NCBI GenBank assembly: GCA_965228855.1
Contig: CBDDIJ010000002.1
Coordinates: 1,376,001 to 1,440,000 of the forward strand
Length of the DNA stretch: 64,000 nt
Origin: Candidatus Obscuribacterales bacterium
GTDB taxonomy: Bacteria > Cyanobacteriota > Vampirovibrionia > Obscuribacterales > Obscuribacteraceae
Direction: 5' to 3'
Each line of letters begins with the position of its first letter. Positions within the stretch are counted from its first letter, which is position 1. Positions 19,631-28,676 of the stretch are shown here, piece after piece. The position numbers and the translations under genes were made by a program. The notes beneath the pieces are model-generated. The model was not told the origin of the DNA and did no database searches. It worked only from the letters and a program-made list of their open reading frames with translations.

Positions 19631-20989
19631 GTGTCTTACAAAAAATCACTGCACAAAGGGCGAATGCTTTTGTTAGGTCTGGCTCTCGCCGGAGTTGCAA
19701 GCGGTTTCGCCATAGAACCGGCTGACGCCGTGAGCGCGGATTTCATTGAAGGAACACAGCTGTATCACCGGAAACAATACCGCGCGGCGCTTGGGAAGTT
19801 CGCAGCCACGCTGAAAGCCTATCCGGGCGACGGTAGTTGTTACTACTACATGGGCGCTTGTTATCAGAATCTTCGGGATATTCCGCACGCCAAGCAGATG
19901 TACGCGGAGGCGATTAAGTACGGAAAGAGCCAACCTCCCGGTGAAAACGCTCTCAAGGCTTTGCTCGCGATTGATGTCGAGTACGCCAAGTCCGTGGTGC
20001 CGCCATGGAATTGGAAGCTCCAGAAGATGTTGCCTGGTGGTGGTCGATTCGGCAACCCTGATGGCACCGGGCCGATGCAGACGGCGTCTTCGTCATCGTC
20101 TTCAGGCTCCAGTCGCGTGCAGACTTATGCTCGCAGTGCGTCATCATCAGCTTCTTCAACGCAGAGTGCAACCGACGCATCGCTTCCGGCTAACGGCAAA
20201 ATTCCGATCGTTGATAATCCGTTCGGCAACAACATGACCTATGTGACCGGTTATATCAACGGCAAAAAGGTCGATCATATGCTGTTTGATACTGGAGCCG
20301 AGATGGTGCTTTTCGGTCGAAACCATTTGCGCGATCTTGGAATCCCGGAGCCGACCGGACCGGCGACCTCCACTGTCAAAGGCGTGGGCGGTTCGCAAGA
20401 TGCCTGGCGCATGCAAGTTGATTTGCAAGTCGGCAATATTCAACGGCACAATTTTACGATTACAGTTCAACAACAGATGAATGCCGCGCCGCTGCTCGGG
20501 CAGAATTTCTACAAGGACTATCAGTGTCAGGTCGATAAGCCAGGTCGCCAGATTGTTCTGACGCGCAGTGACGTCTATAAGAGTTCGATTGCGAGCGCGA
20601 CTCCGTATGGCAATGTCAACAATGTTCCTTTCACGCGGCAGGGAAATCTGGTTGTAGTTCAAGTCGAAATTAATGGACGGCGCGTGCCGATGGTGTTGGA
20701 TACTGGCGCTGATAAAACTCAGTTTACGAAAGAGCAACTTTCTCAAGCAGCGGTGACGATTCCGCAGGATGTGACTGTTGGTTCGATGAACGGGGTCGGC
20801 GGCCAAACGACATCTGTGATGTTTCCTGTCAGTCGTGTAAAGATGGGACCGATTGATAAGTCCAATTTCCCGATTACAGTGGTGCAGCAGGCGCATATGC
20901 CGTATCCGCTTCTGGGGCAGGATTTCTTTGGTGATTACCGGTACTCTATTGATACGGTCAATAACGCTATCAAGTTTCAGGGGCGCTGA
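19631..20989 (+). CDS. Exported TPR protein with tandem retropepsin-like aspartic protease domains
   Basis: Signal peptide, TPR helices, Ser-rich linker, MLFDTGA...LLGQNF and MVLDTGA...LLGQDF. Confidence 0.8.
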   Translation: MSYKKSLHKGRMLLLGLALAGVASGFAIEPADAVSADFIEGTQLYHRKQYRAALGKFAATLKAYPGDGSCYYYMGACYQNLRDIPHAKQMYAEAIKYGKSQPPGENALKALLAIDVEYAKSVVPPWNWKLQKMLPGGGRFGNPDGTGPMQTASSSSSSGSSRVQTYARSASSSASSTQSATDASLPANGKIPIVDNPFGNNMTYVTGYINGKKVDHMLFDTGAEMVLFGRNHLRDLGIPEPTGPATSTVKGVGGSQDAWRMQVDLQVGNIQRHNFTITVQQQMNAAPLLGQNFYKDYQCQVDKPGRQIVLTRSDVYKSSIASATPYGNVNNVPFTRQGNLVVVQVEINGRRVPMVLDTGADKTQFTKEQLSQAAVTIPQDVTVGSMNGVGGQTTSVMFPVSRVKMGPIDKSNFPITVVQQAHMPYPLLGQDFFGDYRYSIDTVNNAIKFQGR

Positions 20990-21762
20990 TGCCACTTTCG
21001 GTTGTTATCGTCGCTCAGGATGAAGAACGTACTATCGGTCGTGTAATCGAAGCGGTTAAACCAATCGCCGATGAAGTCGTGCTTGTTGATTCCGGCTCCA
21101 GCGATAAAACAATCGAAATCGCAACCAGTCTTGGCGCTCGCGTTCTGCACCAGGACTGGCTCGGCTATGCGGGGCAGAAGAACTTCGCTATCGACCTTGC
21201 TAAGAATGACTGGATTCTAAGCCTGGACGCAGATGAGATTTTGACACCGGAGCTGGTGGCGGAGATTAGCGAGGTTTTGAACGATCCGAATGCCACCGAA
21301 TACGATGGCTATAAATTACCGCGGGTGCTCTACATAGGCGATACTCCTATCAAGCACGGTGGTTTCTATCCCGATGCGCAGCTCCGGCTGATCCAGCGTG
21401 GTAAAGGGCGATTCAACGATCGGATGGTTCACGAGGCGATCAAGGTCGACGGGCCTGTGAAGATGTTGAAAAACTGCATGCTGCATTATGCGTACAAAGA
21501 CGTCGCCGGTTTTTCTGCCGCGATGGAAAAATATGCGCAATTGTCTGCGAAAGAATTTGCGAAACGCAAAAAATTCGGGTGGAAAACTCATCCAGTCAAT
21601 GAAGTCTTGCATCCGGCCTGGACGTTTCTCTACCGTTACTTCGCTCGGGGAGGGCTTTTAGATGGCGCGCTTGGTTTAAAGCTCGCGAATATTTACAGCG
21701 ATTATGTGCGCAAGAAAATTCGCTATTTGCGTGAACTCGAAAAGAGCGATGTGCGCTCGTAA
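20989..21762 (+). CDS. GT2 glycosyltransferase (LgtF/KdtX-like LPS beta-1,4-glucosyltransferase)
   Basis: VDSGSSDKT, WLGYAGQKNFA, WILSLDADE, YPDAQLRL, VHE. Confidence 0.85.
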   Translation: MPLSVVIVAQDEERTIGRVIEAVKPIADEVVLVDSGSSDKTIEIATSLGARVLHQDWLGYAGQKNFAIDLAKNDWILSLDADEILTPELVAEISEVLNDPNATEYDGYKLPRVLYIGDTPIKHGGFYPDAQLRLIQRGKGRFNDRMVHEAIKVDGPVKMLKNCMLHYAYKDVAGFSAAMEKYAQLSAKEFAKRKKFGWKTHPVNEVLHPAWTFLYRYFARGGLLDGALGLKLANIYSDYVRKKIRYLRELEKSDVRS

Positions 21763-21765
21763 CGG

Positions 21766-22323
21766 TTAAGTGTTATTGCTGAAAACCGGTTCTGGGGGCG
21801 CGTCTTCGTGCTCGATTAAAACGAGGTGCCACCAACCGACGTCGTGCCAGTTGCCGAGTTTGTATCCGACCTTTTTGTAAACGCCAACCTTTTGAAATCC
21901 CATTTTCTCGTGTAGACGAACGCTGGCCTCGTTTGGCAATGTTACCCCTGCATAGGCGTTATAGAAGCCGCGCTCACGAAGAATTTCGAACAGATGTGTA
22001 TAGAGTTTCGTGCCGAGACCTTGATTGCGTTTTTTCTCTGAAATATAGATTGAAACGTCGACGCTCCATCTGTACGCCGCGCGCTCCTTATGCGGGCTTG
22101 CATATGCATATGCGTTAATTCCGTCGTCGTCGGCATCTACGAGCCACAAGTGAGTGGAGTTGCATTTTTCGATTCGCGAACGCATCTCTTCCACAGTAGG
22201 CGGAACGAGTTCAAAACTAACGATGCTGTCTTCGCAGAATGGCGCATAGATTTCCAAAATTCCCTGCGCATCACCCGCCGTCGCTTGCCGAATCAATCCA
22301 GCCTCACTACTATATGGTTTCAT
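21766..22323 (-). CDS. GNAT N-acetyltransferase (phosphinothricin/YncA/ArsN-like)
   Basis: SFELVPPT, RAAYRWSVDVSIY, QGLGTKLY, LPNEASVRLHEKMGF, GYKLGNWHDVGW. Confidence 0.88.
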   Translation of the reverse strand: MKPYSSEAGLIRQATAGDAQGILEIYAPFCEDSIVSFELVPPTVEEMRSRIEKCNSTHLWLVDADDDGINAYAYASPHKERAAYRWSVDVSIYISEKKRNQGLGTKLYTHLFEILRERGFYNAYAGVTLPNEASVRLHEKMGFQKVGVYKKVGYKLGNWHDVGWWHLVLIEHEDAPPEPVFSNNT

Positions 22324-22494
22324 ATCGATGTTTTTCTGAAAGCCCCGGAGGTGCTTGATTTGGAGATGCCGGCAAAAGATCGGCTTCCAAATTTTTCCGT
22401 TTGTCTACGATGCGATGCCGGATTTCCTGAAAAACGTCATCGTACCATAGACAACAGATCGTTCAAATGCGCGGCTGATTTGCAAATGGGAGGC

Positions 22495-23331
22495 TCAGGT
22501 TTGTATATTTGAAACAGCTGCGTGCTTGCAGTCTAGAATCCAACAGAAGAGCCGGTCATAAACCTCTTGCGCGCATTCGTCTAGATTGTGCGTGCCGATG
22601 AAAAACGCTATTTGCTTATCGCCTTTTGCCTCTTTCCATATTGCCTTTGACCAGGCTGTGGGTTCAATTGGATCCAGCAATCCGGTCATCACAAGCGTTC
22701 TAACATTCATGCTCGATATTCTTTCAGCCCCGTAAGGCTGGCTTGCCATGGGCACAACGCCGACCACGCTCGGCTCAAATGATGAGCCGCCAATCGCTGC
22801 TGCACCACCAAGCGAATGACCGACGACGACAACCTTTTTTATGCCAGTACTGTTTAAATATTGAATCGCCGCGCGAACATCATGGACCGTTTCCGGAAAC
22901 TCCGTTGGATGGCGAAAACATAGATGAACAGTGTGTATTGATTTGCTGGCGCCGGACGTTCCGAGCTTGTGGAACAAACCGCGAGCCGGCGACCAGAAGG
23001 CACCGGATACGCCACCAGCGACAACGACGCCTAACTGTGCATTTTTGACCGGATAATTTCTCAGTTTAATTGCGCCGCGGTTCGACATCAACGTAACGTA
23101 CCGCGAGCCTGCCTCTTCGACTATCTTGCTAATCTGCGGTTCGCTGGTGTCTTTCCAACTATCATCCATCACTTTCGGAATGGGCAGATGTAGGTTTATG
23201 CCATGCTGAAGAAGTGTTTGGTAGAACGGATTGGCGTCGTAAAAGAGCGCCATTCCGAAAAGTAGAAGGTACCAGGGACGCAGTCGGGTGAAAACAGTTC
23301 GAGACTGTTCTTTGGAAGGCTTGCTTTTCAA
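22495..23331 (-). CDS. Membrane-anchored alpha/beta hydrolase
   Basis: GHSLGG nucleophile elbow, G..D, GTHN; N-terminal hydrophobic segment; start uncertain. Confidence 0.7.
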   Translation of the reverse strand: MKSKPSKEQSRTVFTRLRPWYLLLFGMALFYDANPFYQTLLQHGINLHLPIPKVMDDSWKDTSEPQISKIVEEAGSRYVTLMSNRGAIKLRNYPVKNAQLGVVVAGGVSGAFWSPARGLFHKLGTSGASKSIHTVHLCFRHPTEFPETVHDVRAAIQYLNSTGIKKVVVVGHSLGGAAAIGGSSFEPSVVGVVPMASQPYGAERISSMNVRTLVMTGLLDPIEPTAWSKAIWKEAKGDKQIAFFIGTHNLDECAQEVYDRLFCWILDCKHAAVSNIQT

Positions 23332-23649
23332 CTGGAAACTCCGCGCGCAAAAACAGGTGCCACCACAGGCGGCATCGCTATGGGAAACAGTTCTGCTAAC
23401 TGAGATCCATCATAGTCGCGGGTACTTCAACTCGCCAAGGTCGCGGGCGGTTTTTGATAAACAATTGGAAACGATATATCTCGTCGAGGTAGTCGATGGT
23501 GTCTACGCCAGAATGCCGAATTTTCGAAAAAGCGTAGCCAGATAGCCAAAGTTGCCCGCAAAAATTGGTCCATTCCGCAAACGCCCGTGTGCCAATCATT
23601 CTGCTGGATGGAGAGGACTGTCATATATAGTAGGAGGGCTGTTGGAGAC

Positions 23650-23955
23650 TTACTCGGAGGATTCGCCGAGGAGTTCGGCTAGGAGGAGGCGGTATTTGCG
23701 CAGGTTTTCTTCGTAGGATTGGGTCGGGGCTGGGCGAACCGCTTCGGTTTCTTTCAGCCAGGGGGCGTGATCGTTCAGCGCCTCTTCGGTTACCCAGCGT
23801 CTGGCCAGCAAAATATCCTCGACATTCATCCCAGTTGCTTCATGGTCTGAAATGACGAGGTTTGCTTGCGCCTGTGAGATCACTTTGCTGTCGACGAGCT
23901 TACTCAACAACTCTTGATCACGGGCATCCAGGTTGTTTTGTTCGGGTGCGACCAC
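23650..23955 (-). CDS. Small protein resembling a degenerate GspE/MshE N-terminal domain
   Basis: LVDSKVISQAQ...EDILLARRWVTEEAL pattern; GTG start overlaps the khpA TAG. Confidence 0.45.
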   Translation of the reverse strand: MVAPEQNNLDARDQELLSKLVDSKVISQAQANLVISDHEATGMNVEDILLARRWVTEEALNDHAPWLKETEAVRPAPTQSYEENLRKYRLLLAELLGESSE

Positions 23956-24341
23956 TAAGAGACCACTATGTCGACTCGTTTTCCGTAGCGTCCGGCAGCC
24001 GCCTTGATCAGAAATCGCAGCGCCGAGATGGTTCTGCCGTCCTTGCCGATCAAGCGTCCAGTGACTGCAGGATCGCATTTGACGCTCACCCGGCTTCTGC
24101 GTGGACCGAAGCTCTTCCGTTCGAACATGAGCGAATCAGGCTCTTTGGCAAGAACCTTCAATATATACTCGGCCAGATCCTCAGGTGCCTGAGTCTGGAT
24201 TAGCTTTGTCGGGAAGCGCCTTTGGCCGCCGCTGCCCCCGCGGTACCCGCCGCCGGAGCCGCCGCGGTATCCGCCGCCGCTGCCGCCTTTCTTATAAGAC
24301 CCGCTACCGTATCGCTTGGTTGAGCGCCGTTTTTCATCCAT
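23955..24341 (-). CDS. khpA: KH-domain RNA-binding protein KhpA (UPF0109/YlqC) with Gly/Tyr/Arg-rich N-terminal extension
   Basis: [15 protein letters not shown]; conserved position after rpsP; start uncertain (see findings). Confidence 0.85.
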   Translation of the reverse strand: MDEKRRSTKRYGSGSYKKGGSGGGYRGGSGGGYRGGSGGQRRFPTKLIQTQAPEDLAEYILKVLAKEPDSLMFERKSFGPRRSRVSVKCDPAVTGRLIGKDGRTISALRFLIKAAAGRYGKRVDIVVS

Positions 24342-24505
24342 CGGTCAACTGCTTCTCTATCTAATTTGAGTTCTTTAGATCGCGGATTGTAGTATCCGAC
24401 TTCTTCAATCGGTTTGCCATCGCGGCGCGTGCGTCCGTCTACAGCAACGATTCTGTAGTGTGGGGCTTTCTTGGCGCCTATGCGCTTAAGCCGAATCTTT
24501 ACCAC
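24200..24505 (-). CDS. rpsP: 30S ribosomal protein S16
   Basis: [46 protein letters not shown]. Confidence 0.97.
   Translation of the reverse strand: MVKIRLKRIGAKKAPHYRIVAVDGRTRRDGKPIEEVGYYNPRSKELKLDREAVDRWMKNGAQPSDTVAGLIRKAAAAADTAAAPAAGTAGAAAAKGASRQS
24225..24287 (-). repeat. 24-nt tandem repeat (about 2.6 copies) encoding GGSGGGYR in the khpA frame
   Basis: ggc ggc agc ggc ggc gga tac cgc | ggc ggc tcc ggc ggc ggg tac cgc | ggg ggc agc ggc ggc. Confidence 0.9.
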
Positions 24506-24641
24506 TTGTTGTCCCTCTTGAGTTCTTGCAAGTCACTAAAATTGAATGTGAATCGCTATTTTACCAGGTCTATATGCATATACCGCCAGATCTAGTGTAA
24601 AGCGAGCTTTGCATTAGTTATCGATCGGCGGTTATTGGAGT

Positions 24642-26174
24642 TTACGGCTTGCGCTTTTTCTTGCGCAATTTGCGGCTACGACCGAATCCTGCCGGGTTTA
24701 CGCCGCCTGCGGTCGGTGCTTTGGGGGGTGTTCCAAAGGGGAGGCGCGGCATCCCTCCTGGCATTCCGCCAGGCATTCCACCTGGCATGCCTGGACCCTT
24801 GCCCATTGGTGGCATACCGGGAAATCCACCGGGCATTCCAGGGAAGCCACCGCCTGCGCCACCCATCATCATGGGTCGCATCATATCCATCATCTGTTTC
24901 ATTTTCTGAAAGTCATTTAATAACTGACCGATCTGCGCATCTTTGAGACCGCAACCTTTGGCGATGCGCCGTCTGCGTTTAAAATCGATGAGTTCCGGCT
25001 TCTTGCGCTCCTCTTTGGTCATGGAGTTAATAGCTGTCTCATACATCGACATCATCTGTTCGCCGTGCTCCGCGACGACTTTCTGTTGCGACGAATTGAG
25101 ACCGAACATACCGCCGACGCCCATCATTTTCATGATGTCGCCAATCGGTCCCATCTTCTTCATCATCTTTTGCATCTTGATAAACATTTCGAGCGTAAAC
25201 TCGCCCTTCAGCATGTCCATCGCGACCATCTCGGCTTCCTTCTCGTCGATATTGGCTTGCGCCTTTTCAACGAGTGACAGGACGTCGCCCATGTCGAGGA
25301 TGCGACCGGCCATACGGTCGGGATAGAAGGTTTCAAGATTGTCGAGTTTTTCACCTGTCGAGATAAACTTGATTGGTTTACCTACGATTTCTCTGACGGA
25401 GAGCGCGGCGCCGCCTCTGGCATCACCATCCACTTTTGAGAGAATCAAACCAGTCACGTCCAACTGTGTGTTGAATGTATCTGCGACGTTGACGGCTTCT
25501 TGACCAGTCATCGAATCGACGACGAGCAATTTTTCAATCGGCTCGCAGGCGCGGTCGAGAATCATCAGTTCAGCCATGAGGGCGGTGTCTACTTGCAGAC
25601 GACCGGCGGTGTCCAGAATTACCGGGTGTAGTCCTTCTTTCTTGGCGTGTTCAATTGCCTGTTCGGCGATTTCTTGAACGTCTGTCTGTCCGTGAATTGC
25701 GAAGACCGGGACGTCAATTTGCTTTCCGAGCGTTTCAAGCTGCATGATCGCGGCGGGACGTTGAACGTCGCACGCCACCATCAACGGTTTCATTCCTTCT
25801 TCTTTCAGCTTATAAGCCAGCTTCCCGGTTGCGGTCGTCTTTCCACTGCCCTGTAGACCAAGGAGCATGATTACAGCCGGTTTCCCATCTAAATTAATGG
25901 GGGTGTTCTCGCCACCAAGGATGGTGACAAGCTCGTCATGTACGATTTTGACGAATTGCTGCGTCGGGTTGACGCCCTCGATCACTTCAGCGCCAAGCGC
26001 CTGCTGTCTGACGCGGCTAATGAAGAGCTTGACCACTTTCAAGCTGACGTCCGCTTCAAGCAGCGATTTGCGAACATCGGCGATCGCCTCCTCGATGTTT
26101 TCCGCGGTGAGCTTGGCATCACCTGTAAGGTTGCGGAACGTAGAGTGCAGTTTGTCGGTCAATGTATCGAACAT
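24642..26174 (-). CDS. ffh: Signal recognition particle protein Ffh
   Basis: GLQGSGKTT, DTAGRL, DGDARGGAALS, FYPDRMAGRILDMGD, Met-rich M domain, GMPG-repeat tail. Confidence 0.97.
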   Translation of the reverse strand: MFDTLTDKLHSTFRNLTGDAKLTAENIEEAIADVRKSLLEADVSLKVVKLFISRVRQQALGAEVIEGVNPTQQFVKIVHDELVTILGGENTPINLDGKPAVIMLLGLQGSGKTTATGKLAYKLKEEGMKPLMVACDVQRPAAIMQLETLGKQIDVPVFAIHGQTDVQEIAEQAIEHAKKEGLHPVILDTAGRLQVDTALMAELMILDRACEPIEKLLVVDSMTGQEAVNVADTFNTQLDVTGLILSKVDGDARGGAALSVREIVGKPIKFISTGEKLDNLETFYPDRMAGRILDMGDVLSLVEKAQANIDEKEAEMVAMDMLKGEFTLEMFIKMQKMMKKMGPIGDIMKMMGVGGMFGLNSSQQKVVAEHGEQMMSMYETAINSMTKEERKKPELIDFKRRRRIAKGCGLKDAQIGQLLNDFQKMKQMMDMMRPMMMGGAGGGFPGMPGGFPGMPPMGKGPGMPGGMPGGMPGGMPRLPFGTPPKAPTAGGVNPAGFGRSRKLRKKKRKP

Positions 26175-26225
26175 GTTTTCGATTCCTCGTTCTCTCAGGA
26201 CACCTCGGTCGCAATTGCCGAGACT

Positions 26226-27533
26226 TTAGTGAGCCGGTATTAGCTCCTTTATAACCGCAATTTTGTCCTGGATCTCTTCTGGATAGATGAGCCAGGCTGA
26301 TTCGTAATTACCATTTACAAGCGCTTCGATTGCGGGCGCGATTTTAGAAAGTTCCGTAGTTATGCCGCCTTCGGTACGCACGATGATATTCGTTTGTGGA
26401 TGGGCGTCATCCGGTCTGTAGTAATCGTAAGGGCGGAAGCCGGTCGTTTCTATGCCCAGGTAGTAGTCTGGGTCGAGCCCGGCAGCTTTAACAAGTCGGC
26501 TAGCCTCGCTCTCGATATCCTTGCGCAAGCCGGTGTCGCTAGAAGGAATGCGGATCGCCTTGAACAGGCGCCGGTCAAGGAACCTTCTCGACAGATCGGA
26601 GAGAATCGGATCCGGATCTTCGACCCAGCGCTTGATGTGATAGTTGATTTGAATATCGTCGAGCTGTTGATACTCACTGACTTTTAGCTCTTCGCCCATA
26701 AACCACTTTGCTGTTGGTTCATCCACGAAACAAACCGGCCGCGATCTGTCCGCCAAAATTCCTTTGACGCGTTTGATTAAACTCGCCAGTAAAGCTCTCG
26801 ACGCCAGATTCTTACGATGGTAGTAAACCTGTGCGTACATCGAATAACGCGCGAATAAATAATCCTCAACCGCGATCTGTCCCTTTTCACCGACAACGAT
26901 GATGCGGTCGTTCTCCTGGTCAATCTCCAGTGAGCGCAAGATTCTGTGCAACGCAAACAAACCATATTTGGTGCCGGTCATGTAGCTGTCTCGAAGCAGA
27001 TAGTCGAATCTGTCGCAGTCCAATTGGCTCGACACTATGTGCGAGATATACTTCGGTTTGTACGTTTTCTTCAACACCTTGACGATTGTTTCGGCGAGAT
27101 TCGGCATCTCCTTGAAATTGTCCAGCACCTGCCGGACTTGCGTATCACCGGCGATTATTTTGCAGGACCAGTCTTCATGGTCATAGCCCAGGATTTTTTC
27201 CGTTACGTGCGAAAAAGGCCCGTGCCCGATGTCGTGAAGAAGAGCTGATGCAAGGATCAGCGGTCGTTTTTCCGCCATGCCCTCGGTAATTTCCTGCATC
27301 TGTTCTACCAGGTTGGACGCCACATGCATGACACCCACTGAGTGCGTGAATCGTGACCCTTCAGCACCCTGGAAGGTGAAATAGGAAACTCCAAGCTGAT
27401 GAATTCGACGCAGACGCTGGAATTCGGTCGTATCGATCAGGTCGATGATCAGTCTTTCCGCGGGATCCTTCCTGTCAAGAACAATGTCCTGGTGAATCGG
27501 GTCAAGATATGTGCGTTTTTCCGTTCTATGCAT
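26226..27533 (-). CDS. HD-domain phosphohydrolase (YwfO/SAMHD1-like dNTP triphosphohydrolase)
   Basis: DPIH, FQRLRRIHQLG, RFTHSVG, LLHDIGHGPFSH, QLDCDRFDYLLRDS, MYAQVYYH. Confidence 0.88.
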   Translation of the reverse strand: MHRTEKRTYLDPIHQDIVLDRKDPAERLIIDLIDTTEFQRLRRIHQLGVSYFTFQGAEGSRFTHSVGVMHVASNLVEQMQEITEGMAEKRPLILASALLHDIGHGPFSHVTEKILGYDHEDWSCKIIAGDTQVRQVLDNFKEMPNLAETIVKVLKKTYKPKYISHIVSSQLDCDRFDYLLRDSYMTGTKYGLFALHRILRSLEIDQENDRIIVVGEKGQIAVEDYLFARYSMYAQVYYHRKNLASRALLASLIKRVKGILADRSRPVCFVDEPTAKWFMGEELKVSEYQQLDDIQINYHIKRWVEDPDPILSDLSRRFLDRRLFKAIRIPSSDTGLRKDIESEASRLVKAAGLDPDYYLGIETTGFRPYDYYRPDDAHPQTNIIVRTEGGITTELSKIAPAIEALVNGNYESAWLIYPEEIQDKIAVIKELIPAH

Positions 27534-27686
27534 GTTCTTCCCAAGCGCAGGTCCGGCGCTCCGAGGTTTAACCCCGGCTACCGACCCCGTCGGCTTGCGC
27601 GAACCACTCTTCCGCAGTCAGAAAAGGTATCCTATTATACTTTTTATACTCTGAGCGGCGCAACCGGTGGTGAGTCCATTTCAGTC

Positions 27687-28640
27687 TTGTATCAGTTACC
27701 TCAAAACCCCTCCAGGCTGGGCGATCTCGTCGGTTTGGCCTTCCGTATGTATCGAAAGAACTGGCGTTACCTTTCGGGGCGCCTGCTGGTTCTGTCGCTC
27801 TTAGCAAGTGTCGCTGTCGCCATGATTCAGGTTTCCATACTGAATTTCGGACAGTCGCTCAAGAATAGCGAAGTGATTTCGCCTCTCGATTTCGGCATGC
27901 TTGGCGGCGGTTTGATCATTATTCTGATATGTCAGTACTTTCTCGCGCTTCGTGCGACTGCAATCTATCGGGAAATGTTCGGATTGTCCAAAGACTTTGA
28001 AGCTGGTCTGGCATATGCCAAACGTCGCAGATGGGCAGTTTTCTCCGTTTTCACAGTCGGAGCCTCGGCGCCAATCTTCGTAGCTTTCTATTGTGTGATG
28101 ATTGCACTGGTGATTTTCGGCGCCAGACTTGCATCGCCTTATGTTGGCACTGCTGCGGTGGATACCTTTATCGTTGTCGGCGGTTTCATCATGGTAGTGC
28201 TTATGGTCGTTGCGACGGCGATCACCTTGCTGTTTTCAATGGTTTTGTTCGCAGCGATTTCCAGTGAGGACGAACTGAAGTTTCTCAAAGTCATCGTGCG
28301 TGCAATTGATTTAACCATCCGCTACCCATTTCGCGGCGGCTCCTATATGTGTCTTCTTGGGCTGGCCGTCCTCGCCATTGTGTTCTCGATGAGCATTTTC
28401 TTGATGCCTTTCGAGGCCTGGGAAGCCTACAGGAGCATGAAAAACAGCGAAATGGTCTTGCCTCTTTACCTGCGCTTTCTCGAAACTATTTCGCAGACCG
28501 TCAACAACGTGGTATCGATGGCAGTGGTTTGCGCAGGAGCCGGCCTGTATTACAGAGATGTGCGATTTCGATCTGAAGGCGCCGATCTGGTTGAAAAGCT
28601 GGACAGCATACAGGCGAATAATTCGTTGTCAGGCATTTAG
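27687..28640 (+). CDS. Polytopic membrane protein, hypothetical
   Basis: About 6 TM segments; LYYRDVRFRSEGADL C-terminal motif; start uncertain. Confidence 0.6.
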   Translation: MYQLPQNPSRLGDLVGLAFRMYRKNWRYLSGRLLVLSLLASVAVAMIQVSILNFGQSLKNSEVISPLDFGMLGGGLIIILICQYFLALRATAIYREMFGLSKDFEAGLAYAKRRRWAVFSVFTVGASAPIFVAFYCVMIALVIFGARLASPYVGTAAVDTFIVVGGFIMVVLMVVATAITLLFSMVLFAAISSEDELKFLKVIVRAIDLTIRYPFRGGSYMCLLGLAVLAIVFSMSIFLMPFEAWEAYRSMKNSEMVLPLYLRFLETISQTVNNVVSMAVVCAGAGLYYRDVRFRSEGADLVEKLDSIQANNSLSGI

Positions 28641-28676
28641 AATGGTCGGACATCAGATTTTTGCGAGGATTTGTTC

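Noticed and set aside
24740..24870. GMPG repeats in the Ffh tail as a novel repeat element
   Set aside because: In-frame low-complexity tail that is common in Ffh proteins
26226..27533. HD protein as an anti-phage dNTPase defence system
   Set aside because: Housekeeping context next to ffh, no defence-island neighbours; resembles the widespread YwfO type
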